From Nageia nagi (Eukaryota; Plantae; Pinophyta): a stretch of 64,000 bases of DNA. The stretch is taken from assembly GCA_050084985.1 (NCBI GenBank), contig JBITNC010000002.1, positions 4,588,001-4,652,000 of the forward strand. Direction: 5' to 3'. The notes beneath the pieces are model-generated. The model was given only the letters and a program-made list of their open reading frames with translations. It ran no database searches and had not been told where the DNA came from. The position numbers and the translations under genes were made by a program. Below, piece after piece: positions 1 through 12,400 of this stretch. The stretch's first letter is position 1. Every line of letters starts with the position of its first letter.

Positions 1-1945
1 TGGAGTTCATCTTCACCATTTTGAAACCTACACAAATAGACTAGACTTGATTGACGTTGGATCAACTATATAGGCATGGTGAAGTGATGCAGGAGGTGTA
101 CGATGCTTGGCAAACCTGTATGCCTTAATGATGGTACATGCAAATGCAAACAGACTAGACAATAAATGTTTACGACAAAAGGTGGTCGGCCTCCTCACAT
201 GCAACGTTCAAAATATGCCTTAAATGGTAAATGCATGCATACGTCCATTTAGCCACCTTGTGGGACCCAACTTAATGCAAAAATATTCATAAATGCTTGA
301 GGGACCTTGTCGCACCAAATTCAAACGTTTGATTTCTATCTTGGGCAAAGGATGCGACAAGGAAGGTTGACTTTATAGTACATGAAAAAATGGAAGGACG
401 ACGTACAATGCAAGTGACTAACTAACTAACTAAAACACACAAGATTACTTTAATGCGTGTATGGGTTGACAAAAACTAAATCTGGCCAATGCAAACTCAA
501 TGGACGCACCACTTTTGAAAGATGGATGTCTATCTTCTTGAAACCATGCGACCACATGCATTTAGGATGACCAATGCAAGGTAAAACTATTGCAAAATTG
601 AATGACAAATGCCAACATGTTACTGGACGTAATGATGATCAATGCATATGGACTATTTAACTTGATGCAATAAAAAGGGGTGATTGCATGCTTCAAGGAA
701 GATGAGAATGTAACATAGGAGAATCATGCAACCGTTCTTAAGAGAACAAATGATCTACAATAATGAACTAAGTCCCCTTCCTTTTATAACTATTTGGGTT
801 GCCAAGTGGCAACGTCTTGATGAAACAATGATAAACTTTCAACAAGTGTCCATTTTCATGCAATAATGTGGTCGCATGCCTCTACAATGATGCAAATGTA
901 TCTTCCTCAAACCATGCAAACAACATAAGGGAGCCAATGTTCCACACTTAGCAAAAAAATGAGGCTGAAAGGGTGGTAGCATGCTCCTCAAAAGATGCAA
1001 ATGTAACACTTTCAAACAATGCGAACACCTTGGAAATACTTGTGGCTAAGTACCTAGCTGATTTTTGGAGGCTGAAACACAAATATGAGGTGGTCGCCCC
1101 TTTTCATAAAGATGAAATTGTAACTTTCTCAAACCATGCGACCACCTTTAGATGCACTACGTTGGACCAGCTAAGACAAAAATGAGCATCCTTCCCCCTT
1201 TTATAACAACTTATCCTACCAAGTGTCTCTAGCCGAGTGGCCAAAATGAAGGCCCAATGGAGTCAAAGTGACTTCATGGTGCACGTCCAACGTCCAAGTA
1301 AGGGTGGTTGCACCCTTTTCGAAAGATAGAAATGCACCTTTTCTAAACCATGCGAACACCTTTTTAAAACACTTACCTAATTCTCAAGCTCCAAAACTGA
1401 ATTGAGGGGGATGGTCGCACTATTTCCACAAGATGGAGATGTAACTTTTCTAAACCATGCGACGACCTTGAGGGGGTTGAAATGAAGTATGACTTAATCG
1501 TTTCACCTCCCTTCTTGAGCTTTTATAGGCCTTTTGGGGATGTCGTGTGTCAATGAAAGGAGTGACCATTTTAGGATGAGTGATGCAGATTATGGTCACA
1601 CTTTCTAAGACAAATGAAAATGAATCTTTCCTTAGCCTTGCAAAAATCACTTTAATGTGCAATCTTGATGACTTTGCCCGTTTTTCGAACATGATTGAAC
1701 TCCCTTGGATGCTTGCATCTCTTTGTTCTTAGCTCTATGAATGGATACTTAGAAAGTATTTCATTTGTTGTAAGCAAGTATTCTAAGTGCATTTTAAAGT
1801 TGCACTTCGGGCTTTTCTGATTAACTTATTTCTCCATCATGTTCCGGAAATGCTTTTTTCCACATCAGAACCTTCTCGACTCCGTTCTTTGACTGAGGGT
1901 CCCCAAATTTTGAAAAAAAATGAGGGGCATGTTGCTTCGTCAACA
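1..1945 (-). mobile_element. Long LTR-like element (partial, runs off left edge) with palindromic repeat array
   Basis: Right end ...GGGTCCCCAAATTTTG...GGGGCATGTTGCTTCGTCAACA resembles the end of element 44657..49136 (...GGGTCCTCAAAATTG...GGGGTGTGTTGTGTTTGAGCACAACA); abuts LINE sequence. Confidence 0.6.
498..1468. repeat. Array of ~60-bp palindrome-ended repeats with variable spacers
   Basis: Units at ~498, 677, 866, 971, 1088, 1302, 1409; best unit 1088-1147 has a perfect 10-bp terminal inverted repeat AGGTGGTCGC...GCGACCACCT. Confidence 0.85.
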
Positions 1946-3700
1946 CTTTGCATAACAAGTTCGTAGGGAAAGGACAATGGGGACGTGGGAAGTGGAAAGT
2001 AAGAAGTCAAGGAAAGTCTCCCAAAAGGGCATGAGATAGGATGTCGTAATAGAAGTGGCAATGGGGAATGAGAGTGGAGTTTAGATAGCAGGTGAGCAAG
2101 CCTAGTAGAGTAGTAAGTGGAATGCAGACCATCAAAGTATGTTGTGGTAGGATGAATATTGGGAGTGTCCGAGCAAGGGGTGGAGGACAAGAGAGAGAGG
2201 TGGAATGAAGAGTGGAAGACAAGGCAACATGGTCGGCAAGGGGTAACTAATGGGAGACAATAATATCTTGAATGTGAAGGATGAGAGCCCTATTGACAAG
2301 AACATAATTGACACAACTTGTGCCCCCATTATGAGGAAAGCAAGTGAATCTGGTAAAGTTAAGGAAGGAATCTCATTGAGTATGTGAATATTATGTGACT
2401 CTTCCATTTGTAGAAGATATTCCTCATATGTCGTGGTGGAATTATCTCTATCGGCTTAAGCTCAAAGAATACTCAAATCTTCATAATCGAACTCATGAAG
2501 GCCAAGCTCATCCTTTGAAAGATCCTAGATAGGCACCTGGTGGACTCCAATATGAGCATTGAAGTCACCTAGGAGAATAACCTCACCTATAGTGGAGAAA
2601 TGGGAGATCTATGGGTAAAGCTTGAGATATGGGTCACCGTCGATATGCACACTAAAGGAAGAAGAAATAGTGGGGAAGTAGCATACTACGATGTAGACCT
2701 CATGAAGTGGAATGCACATCTGAGGCTAGTAAAGGTACATTGGGCTGAAATTTGTTTTGAATTAGGCAAGCAACTCCACTAGAGCCTTAAACACCACTTG
2801 AGCCATGGGTCTCACATCAATAGGATGAGAACTAAAAATAACCAATGACAAAAGGGAGGGCCCATTTGAGGCTTTCATGGGTCTTGGTGAGAAAAATGAT
2901 ATCTCGTTAAGCTATGACATCTTCAAAGGCTCCGAGGGAAGACTATAGAGAACCATTGCAATTCCAATGCGTAACAAAAAGCCATTGCCCTTGATTGAGA
3001 CTCAAGAGGGCAATCATTTAGAAGGTTTGGGATGGTCATCACAAATGACAACCCAGTAGTCGTGGATGATAACCAATTTGTTCTTCTTATTTGTAGCTAC
3101 AACTAGGGTACGATCTTTTCAAAGCTCCTCCACTTGAAGTCATGTGAGATCAGCATCCAAATAGATCTTGTTGGGAAAAGAGAATAACTTTTTTTTGCTC
3201 TCATTACTTACAAATACTTCCTTTTAATCAGAAGCATATGACAAGAGTGTTGTCTAGGGTGTCCCAAGCCTTTTCCAAAGAAATGTTCATCAAATCCAAG
3301 GTTTCATGTAGAAAAACATAACCATCTTATAAAGGAATCCATGGTTTTCGGGAGACTACGAATTTTAAGATTGAGCTCCTTAATGTGACATATCCTCTCT
3401 ACTTCGAACTTCGCCTGTATCGTCATTTCAACCATAGGAAGGATCCTTTCATCACCCATATCCACGAGTTTTTTGTTCTTCAAACTGTTTTTGAATGGAA
3501 TGTTGTTGGGCAAAAATTTTCTGTTTTAAATGTAAGGATCTCGAATTGTTTGTTTTGGAGTTCAGAAACCAATTCATTTAATTGTTGTAAGTGTTGTTGT
3601 GGAATTTCGATACTGGGGGAGGCTTCAGAGTGTTCAAGATTGTCAATCCAGTCTCTCAGGTCCACAATAAGCTTATCTTTCTTCTGTAGGTTCTGTTAAA
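1946..3700 (-). mobile_element. Degenerate LINE: ORF1-like remnant plus APE endonuclease domain
   Basis: Minus-strand motifs HWNCNG...DIIFLTKTH (~2870-2975), GEVILLGDFNAHIG (~2545-2590), GGTSCVNYVL, PLADH; multiple stops and frameshifts. Confidence 0.8.
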
Positions 3701-4709
3701 ACAATTTAAAAATTTCCTTAAAGCCTACCCCCATATTTTCCAATTTAGTTACTCGGCTACATATTAAGTTGTTTAAACGCATATAAACACATTTTTTTCC
3801 AACTTGTCTCGTACTTTAAAAGTTTGTTCTTTCTATAGTATTTTTGGCCCTTTTTTCCATCTTTTTGCCATTTTTCTTAAATTTGACCAAAAACCGTTTT
3901 TTTCTCGTACACATTTTTTCAAACACTGGTTGTAACACTATTTCAATGATGGTTCTAGCTCCATGAGAACAGGGTGTGATCATGACAGAAGCAGTTGCAA
4001 GGACAAATGCAAATCAGTTAGGGTGTGGAACTGTGGATCCGTTGTGTGAGCACAGATGTCACGCGGAGCTGGGAAAAGAATGCCACGATCTTTGACTCAG
4101 AGCTCTTGTAGAGGCAAGAGCTGATGTAGTTCCAGAGCCGACCCTATGAGAGCGCAGGAACTGTTGTAGTCCCTGACCCAGAACTGTGTAGACACAGGAT
4201 CGTTGTCACAATGCTCCTGCAGTAGATGACGTCTGATGTCTGCTGTTTTGGACAAAATTGTGATATGAAATTTCCTTGTGTTGATGTTTGTTGCTGTTGT
4301 GACTGCAACTGTTAATGGTTGCTAATCTGAACGAAAGAAATCGGGGGATGGTTCAAGATTGCTCAGGTTTGGACAGGAGAAGAACAGAAATCATCAAAAA
4401 CCAAAGGAGGAGAGGTAGAAACAGCTGGAAGGTTTCAGGCTGCTAGGTGTCGACCACTGCATGAAGAGGATTTTTCAAATGACTAACAAGCTCGTCTAGT
4501 GACTTAACATCAACGTCAGTGAGCCTGGACCCAACCCCATCGCTTCAAATCCTAAATGCCATGGCTTTTCATTTGGGTCACGAATGGCCCTCGCTCCTTT
4601 CGAAGACACACATCGTGCAAGGGCTGTGGTTTTTTCCAAGCAATTATAGGGCAAAGAGCTGTGAAATTGGAGGTGATTAGAGGAAAGAAAGTGAAAATAC
4701 GTGGAAGGT

Positions 4710-5865
4710 TGTGACGTCCCCCTTTGATTATTGTAATTAATTCTGGAATCCAACGGATTCCCTCTTTATACATATTTAATTATTAATTATGTTTTATTAA
4801 TTAGTACTTGGGATAGAAGACTTAATGGGTTGTTGGACCCCACTGTGAGCCCCAAGTGGGACATCTCCCTCCCAAGTGTAGTTTAGTGTGTTTTAATGTA
4901 CTTAGAGATCCCGAAACATGATTGTGGGAATCCCAAGGTCTATTTAGCACTTAGAGCATGGATGAGCACTTGTACACATGTACCAGCCTTAGGGAGACTT
5001 CTAGACCCCCACGTTGCCCCCCTAGATGCCTTTGCATGTCTCCTTGACCCACGCATGCATCCCTAAGCCCACGATGAGCTTGAGGACCCATGTGGAGCAT
5101 GAAGGAGGCCCAGATACCTATGTTGGGTCTGGAATGACTCCTAGGTGCCATCATTGGGGTTTGAGGGGACTAGGTGATGACTTTGAGGTGAGATCCAAAT
5201 CCAGGAAAGCTATATTAGCCCTTGGAGCCTTATTGTTGGACATACAGATTTGATATTATTCTCACACCATCCATAGGATAGAAGTCTTGGCACAGCGCTA
5301 AGCAAGATCCCTAGGTGCAGCATCTAGGAGGGTTGACAGACTGAGGGCTCCTAATAATCTACAGCTTTGGTGTAGCACCCTAGCCCATCCAGTGGTATTC
5401 CAAGGTTGAGCTTCTACCATTTAGTTGGTCACCAGGGTTTGAGGAGGGTTCTTTCGGTGGAGAAGACTCAGATTCTGAGGGAGCAAGACTGTCCCATCCA
5501 TCATCCATCCGCCCAGCAGTGAGAGACACACGTTAAGCCCTAGTTGGCTCCTTGGAGGCCAATATCCAGCCCTTGGGCATGGTATTGTATCATTGATCAT
5601 TGTTTATCTTCAATACAGCCGTTGGGAAATTGGATCTCAGTATTTGTCTTGTGTATGCTTTCATATTGTAAAGTTGTGTATTTACTCTTTCATGCATGTT
5701 ATAGCCAGATGTTGGCATTGTGAGGTATTGTATGTTGATATCTACTAGTCTTGGCCAGATGTTGGCATTGTTGCATTGTTGAAGCTTAATCTGGATGCCC
5801 TAGCTCAGATGCTGGAGCATACTTGTGTATTTTGAGTTCCTTGATTTCGTAATTGGGTCTTTACA
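4710..5865. mobile_element. Solo LTR (1156 bp), TSD AAGGT
   Basis: TGTGACGTCCCC...TCTTTACA; AAGGT at 4705-4709 and 5866-5870; homologous end-to-end with 46975..48152. Confidence 0.92.
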
Positions 5866-6234
5866 AAGGTACAGTCAGGATGCTGTGAGCGGATGGTTCT
5901 TGGACAGGGCCGGGAAATGCTAGTAAAGTGTGTTAGGGCGCAAGTGGATGTGGAGCAGAGGTGCGCACAGAAGATCAAACACAATCGGACGCACATACAG
6001 TAAAGCTTGTAATTCTGTAGATTCACAGAGACCAATCTCACCTCAAAGAAATCATAAATTATTCAGTTTAAGGTGTAATTTCCTCCATGCTGCTTCATCT
6101 GACAGGTTGTGGGGGTCAATGGTGAAAGCTGAGGGAAACTGATTGATTGGTTTTTTCTTCCCTTTAATTTAGTACTTCTTTGTATCTATATGCTTGAACA
6201 AAATATGGCACCACCCTTCATTATTAGAACTAAC

Positions 6235-6411
6235 CTGCTCCACTAGAAGCGCTGCTTGAGATGCTGCAAGCTGTTCCTTGAGGTATAGCGTTTGCTGCAG
6301 TAATGTCTGTTGCTCAAGACCCATGGGGATCCCAGCTGCAGACAGCATATCAGTGACAGCATGCACAATCTCTGATGTAGATACCCTTCTTGCAGTATGA
6401 GTATGTTTATC
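6235..6411 (-). CDS. SACS: Sacsin-like exon 12 (coiled-coil segment before the expected RING exon)
   Basis: attAG|GAT-AAA in frame with ...EIVHAVTDMLSAAGI...SQAALLVEQ|GTTAG (phase 0). Confidence 0.85.
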
Positions 6412-9400
6412 CTAATAAAAATAAAACAATCTTAGAACAACAGTATACATGCAATTTAAATTACCATTAAAAGGAGATTACTGGTCAAGAGACAGCTCAC
6501 CTTATATTGAGTTAACTTATTTTGGGTGTTAGACTTCCTAAGGTCTTGAAGTCTCTGTACATGCTGGCTGTTGGATCTGCTGCCTGCTTCATTATCTTCA
6601 ATATCAACAATAGATTTTCCAGCTTCCAGACTTCTAAATGAAAGAACATTAGATGACAAAAGTTGCTCAAACTCTCCTGGATATGTTTCTACTTGTAGTC
6701 TATACATAGCCTGACCAGCTGATGGTCGGACATCATCAGGCACTCTACCATACTTAAGCTTTGATCCTCCTCCACCTTCAGAATGCCATGCTATGATTTC
6801 CCCAGCATAAAATGGTCTCAAGGGATGAAACTGGACTTGCATAGCATCTGCAGGGATCAGCTCTTGACCTAGCATTCCACCTTGGAACACAGCACTTCTT
6901 AAATTGCCACCATTTCTGTCGTGAGATGCTAGTCTCAGAAGATCCAAAGCCCTCACTTCTGAACCGACAGGCACATTAAATAAGGATTGAATTGGCAAGC
7001 ACATGGGCGAATCTAAGAGACGGCTTACAACAACAGCTAGAATATCTGGGACAGCAACCGCATCTGGAGGCTCTGCAACCAAAATGGTAGACTTGGAGCG
7101 ATCCACAAACTGGAGGACTCGGTGCCCTGTTTCATTTGCCAATTCTCCAGGGAGAGATTGCTTTACATTGATGGAGACATTTAGAGTTATATCAACAGAT
7201 GATGGAAGCATTACAAACCGAGTATAGATAGAATGTACAAAATGCAACCTTTCAGCAGCAGATCCTAGGACAATTTTGACTTCATCCTTGGTTAAATGTC
7301 TCAAAGCAGGAATATGCTCTTTAAGGTTTTGAATAACCATCCAAACTGCTTTGTGGAATGACTGGCTGAGGAACTTGGTATGAACTGTTTTAAGAGAAAG
7401 TGACCCCAATGCGTCTAGTGTTTCTAAGGGCTGGCTCTGGTCAAGTTCCTGCAGCAAATAGCCAACTAATAACATCATTTATGTACGAGGATTTAATTCA
7501 GTTAGAATCATGGAACATGTAGCTTTCCTCTTGTTCGTATAAAACATATTAAGAAATCAACCAAATCTTACCTCTATAACAACATCTGAGAGTTTTTTCA
7601 CACCCAATTGAATGCAAAGTTCTTCCGACACTAGTCGATGTACAAATCGTAACCTAGATGTATCAATTTCCCCTAAAAGACAAGATCCATACGCATCAAT
7701 ATATACACAGGCGCGTGCATGGACTAACCTGCATCCTTCATCAGGGACAATTGCATCATGATCTGGAAATAAGATATTACTACCATCTGATTTGGATTGT
7801 TTTCCTTCCTCACATATGAACTGTAAGAGTTGTAGAACTGCACGTAGCTCATTGGGATTTAGATGCTGGTAACCACTTGCCTGCTGGATCTTTTCCAACA
7901 GGATACTTGCACTTTCAAAAGATGGAGCTTCTTGCAGTCCAATATCCCTTAAAATTCCAACATATGGAAGATACAAACTTGGGAGCTCAAAGGCAAATGG
8001 GGCTAAGTTCACTCCAAGCCTCACAAAGAGAGAATTTGCTGTAACAAGCCGTGTGCCATTTGCAACTGGTATAAATGACACTTTCTGTAATTCCAATATA
8101 TCTGCAAAGGATAACTCAGGCATTATAATATAGAACCACTATAATAGAGCAGTAGCATGCTAAACATATTTGGGTGGGAAACCATGAAAATATAATGTGT
8201 TTTAAGATGGCATTATCATTTTTCCACAATACAAAACCTCTACTGGACACCTCCATATAAAAAAAAAAAAAAACATAAAACAAAAGCAGTCTAAACGCTA
8301 AAGAAGTGAGTGCCAAAGTCTAGGACGGTCAGGGGAGGATCGTCTTGATCCTCTCTAGCAGGGAGCAAGTGGATGCACTCCACACCGGGGAGAGATCTCG
8401 CTGGTCTTTGGGAGTCATGTATGTGATATTGTTGTTGGAGAGAAAGAAATCGGAGATCTGTCGAGTCTGTAGAGGAATCTAGCTGTCCTGCAGATGTCTC
8501 TTAGTACGATGCATGATGTGTGAAGGGTTGTCCCGTCATCTCCTATGGTCCCCCTCAGTGCAAGAAGCTTGGAACAAAGATGTAATGTTATGGTCCCCTG
8601 TCGGCTGCTGGGTTCAAGCTAGGAGACGCTTCCGTAAGAGGAATATCTCTCTGAAATAAAAAAAACTAAGCAACGCTGATCGAGGTACTGGAGGAATGTA
8701 GACAATGAGAGAAAAAAAGTACATATAAACAAGGTAAGACAGGAAACATGACATGCAAAAGAGATCTGGAGAGAAAGTGCATGCATCACACATATTAATG
8801 ACATTTGACCAATTGTAATGGATGGCTATTCACTTATTTTCTCTTTTTTTCAAGATGTGCTAACTGGTCCATAAGAGGAAAATAGCATCAGATCGGGGGA
8901 TGAATTCAAAAGTACAAGGAACAATGTCAAAAAAATGTTTAAAAAGTGTCATATTGCCAGCTAATGACAATGGTGAGGGAGAGAACAGATGATAGAAAGA
9001 CTATTTTATGCAAACAATTATGAGGATGAAATATGAACAAAACAGAAAGATGTGGTTACAAGGATAAAAGCAAAAAAGATAGCTAGACAAGTACTTTGTG
9101 GAGATGTTGATTGATAGCTAAATAAGGACAAAAGAAAGAATGCAATGAGACTGAGCAATATTCATGCAAATTGTAGATCAAGGAGCATTGCAAGATTTGC
9201 CACCAAGAGTTAAATCAATTTTTAAATCAAATTCATTAAACATTGTTTTAATCGTGGATTGATAATATCATACAAATTTGAAGGTTTACATCAACCGAAA
9301 TCCACATCCATTCATAATTTTTATTTGAACTTGAAGTACAGTTATGATTTATCATTTCTTTTTCTTTAGTAGTTTTAAGTTGACTTGCATATGAATTTAT

Positions 9401-12400
9401 ATTATTGATGTTTCAAGCCCAATCAATGGGATCCATATTAAGAATTACTGAGTGAAGAAAATAAAGTGGAACCTTCTTCCTTAAGTAGAGATGAATATTA
9501 TCCAATTTCACAAGATCAATGTTGGCACTCTATCATTATAAAATACTAAATACATTTATATGCTTAGATTCTACATGAAAATAGCTTTCCAACTGTGTAT
9601 AGAACATGAAAAACCGAGTTAAAATGTAAAAGTTATGGCTATTTTTATGTAATATAATTTTTCATTCTATGTTTGTGAATTAGGTCTATAATAGGTAACC
9701 AAGCCCTACTAATTTCAAGACCTTGGTCTCTATTGATACTATTAGGGTTGAGCTTAATTTCAATAGCTTCTCTAATTCTTCGTTCTTGGAATTTATCACC
9801 TCTAGCCGTGACTTCATCCTTATCCATAAGTATGTGTTGTTTAGTCTTATCCACATGTTCAACAAATGTTCTTTGACTTTTGCATGTGTTGACCTCCTTG
9901 TTTCACCAATCTAACGAGTTCCACATTCACATATAATCTTATATATATCTTTACGTTGAAAGGGTTCTAAGTGGTCCATCACAGATTTGAACATATTCTC
10001 TAATTTATTGAGAGGACGAAAAATTATTTTTAATATACACTTTTATCATTTCTTATTATATTATTATGTGTATAATTTGTCAATAGATAGCAGCCACGTG
10101 GCATTGCTCTTCAACCATCTTTGTCAACCATAATAAATGGTCAAAAGTGATAAACCTGTCATCACCCATCATAGTTCGGAAATATCCAAAATCATATGTG
10201 CTTGTAAATAGGAGCGAGGTGGGACAGTCACCCTAATAAAAAAATAAAATAATAAATTAAAATATATATTATTTATTCATGTTTATTTACAAACTCATAA
10301 AAGATCATGGAAATAGTAAGCAGTTTGACTTTAATGAGGAATAACCTTTGGACTAAGAGACTACGAAAACTCAATTACACATTCACAAATGCTTTTTTAT
10401 GATATCATTTCCATCAACACTGGTGGGAAATGTAACAATAATACAATAAAGAGTAAGAGGCTGTCATAACCATTTTGCAAATTAAAAGGGAAGTGACAAG
10501 ACCTGAACTTGAAAGTGTACCCCAAATATTGCACAGGTACTTGAATACATCACTAAAGGAATCCTCTACAGACTTCATGTTTGCAGCTGTTGGCCATCGT
10601 GCAAGGGTTTCTTCTCCACCATATTTCCCCATAACCTGCAATAGCCCATTTAGCTGGCAATTCACATCAAGTCCTACCAAATCACAGTACCAAATTTAAA
10701 AAGAATTTGATTAATATCTATTAAAGAACAGCAAATATCTTAATAAACCTGTAGATGTCTTAGAACTGTTGGGAATAGTGGAGGACTGCGCAAATGCAAT
10801 GCTCCCCAAGAAAACTCAGGAGGTATAACATTCTGTTTTGTCAAAATGGGTGCACATGACCAAGCCAAAGGCCAGTCCTTCAGCAAAATGGCTTCGTTGT
10901 AAGAAGTAAGGACTCTCTTCCCCCCTATCCTTCCGCCAATGTTTGGCATACCTTTTTCAGCAGGTACAAATCGAATTTGACTAAGAGGATTACAGAAATT
11001 ACTGCTGTACAGAATCGCAAAGTTTTTCAGAATAACTTCCGCTACAGTACCGGAAAGAGACCATATCTCATGCGAAAGCTCATCAGTAAACAAAGAAACT
11101 TCAGCATCAAACGAATCTGAGTTTACATCTGACACAGCTTCCTTTCCAAGTCTCTCCACTTTTCGTGCACACTCTAGTAACATCTCTGGCTCTGAAGCTG
11201 TACGTAAACCTACTTTGCGCAAAATACGAATCCATCCATCTATTGCAAACCTTCCACCAGGAAACTTCGAGCTATCTCCAGTAAAAACTGCTTTCAATAA
11301 GGAATCGTCAGGATCTAGAAGCTCCCTGGGTTTCAACAAATCACTATTGACGTCATGTGCACCACTCTTAACAAATTTGGTCTCCTTCAAAGCAGCAACA
11401 AGAGTGCTTTCTGATTGTAGATCTTTCCAGTTGAGATAAAGATACATTAAAATGCATTCTTGATCATGTTCGCTCTTTTGTTCAAATCTGGGTAAACCAA
11501 ATTTTACTAATAACTCCCGGTTTTGCAATTCTGATACACCAAGTACATCGTATAAGAAACCACCGCTTGTGGGTGAGAAATAACAGAGGCATCGTTCATC
11601 AACTGGCTGGAAAAATGCACCTGGGGAGATGATATAGTGGTCCTGTCTGGTTAATGATGTATAAGTTCCAATAACCGTTTTATAGATGGGAAGTGACCTC
11701 AACATATCACGCTCTTCTGTGCTATAAGTAGGAACCAGAGAAGGTGAAGGAGAGAAATCTGAGGCAAACAGTGAAAAGAGTGCATCACAGTCACTAGCTG
11801 AGAACAATGCTGTTTCTGATAAGAAATAACTAGCTTTTTTGGCAGCCAGTAGCTTCGAAATAACAATTTGACCAAGTGTCTGACCGGGTCTTGGCAGACA
11901 GCATTGCAGGACATTACAATCCAGGAAGCACTTGTCATAAACAGGTACCTTACAGCGATTCAAAAATGGCAATAACCATGAATATCTTGATTCGATAACT
12001 TCAAAGGATCTGATACATGAATTGACAATATCAGCAGCATCCCGATGAGATCTTTCATCAAGCTCTGTAGTTTTCATTATCCTACTTGAGCTAGTATCTA
12101 TTGATGAGTACTCAATTTCAGGTGGTATAAAAACCAGATGACGCTGTTTCACACGACACAAAACCGGTGAGGAAACCACAGCAGGGATAAGGGGCCACTC
12201 AGAGAAAAGTCTCAGTTCATCTGCAGAAGTTTCTATATTCTTCCAGAATAACCGAAGCCAATCAGTAGATGGACCTTTAAGAAGAGAACCTGGACCCTCC
12301 CATGAAACCCAGGGAGCATCACGCATATCACTGACATGGGAAACCCACTGCTTCGAGAGAATCGATTTTAGATGGGCTGACAATAGCTGAGGTGAGAATG

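Noticed and set aside
498-1468. CRISPR array
   Set aside because: Eukaryotic intron, degenerate 60-bp repeats, spacer lengths vary about threefold, no cas genes; reported as a TE-borne repeat array instead.
5805-6041. Cys-rich ORF as the missing RING exon
   Set aside because: Cys/His spacing does not fit C3HC4, and the ORF runs across a solo-LTR junction.
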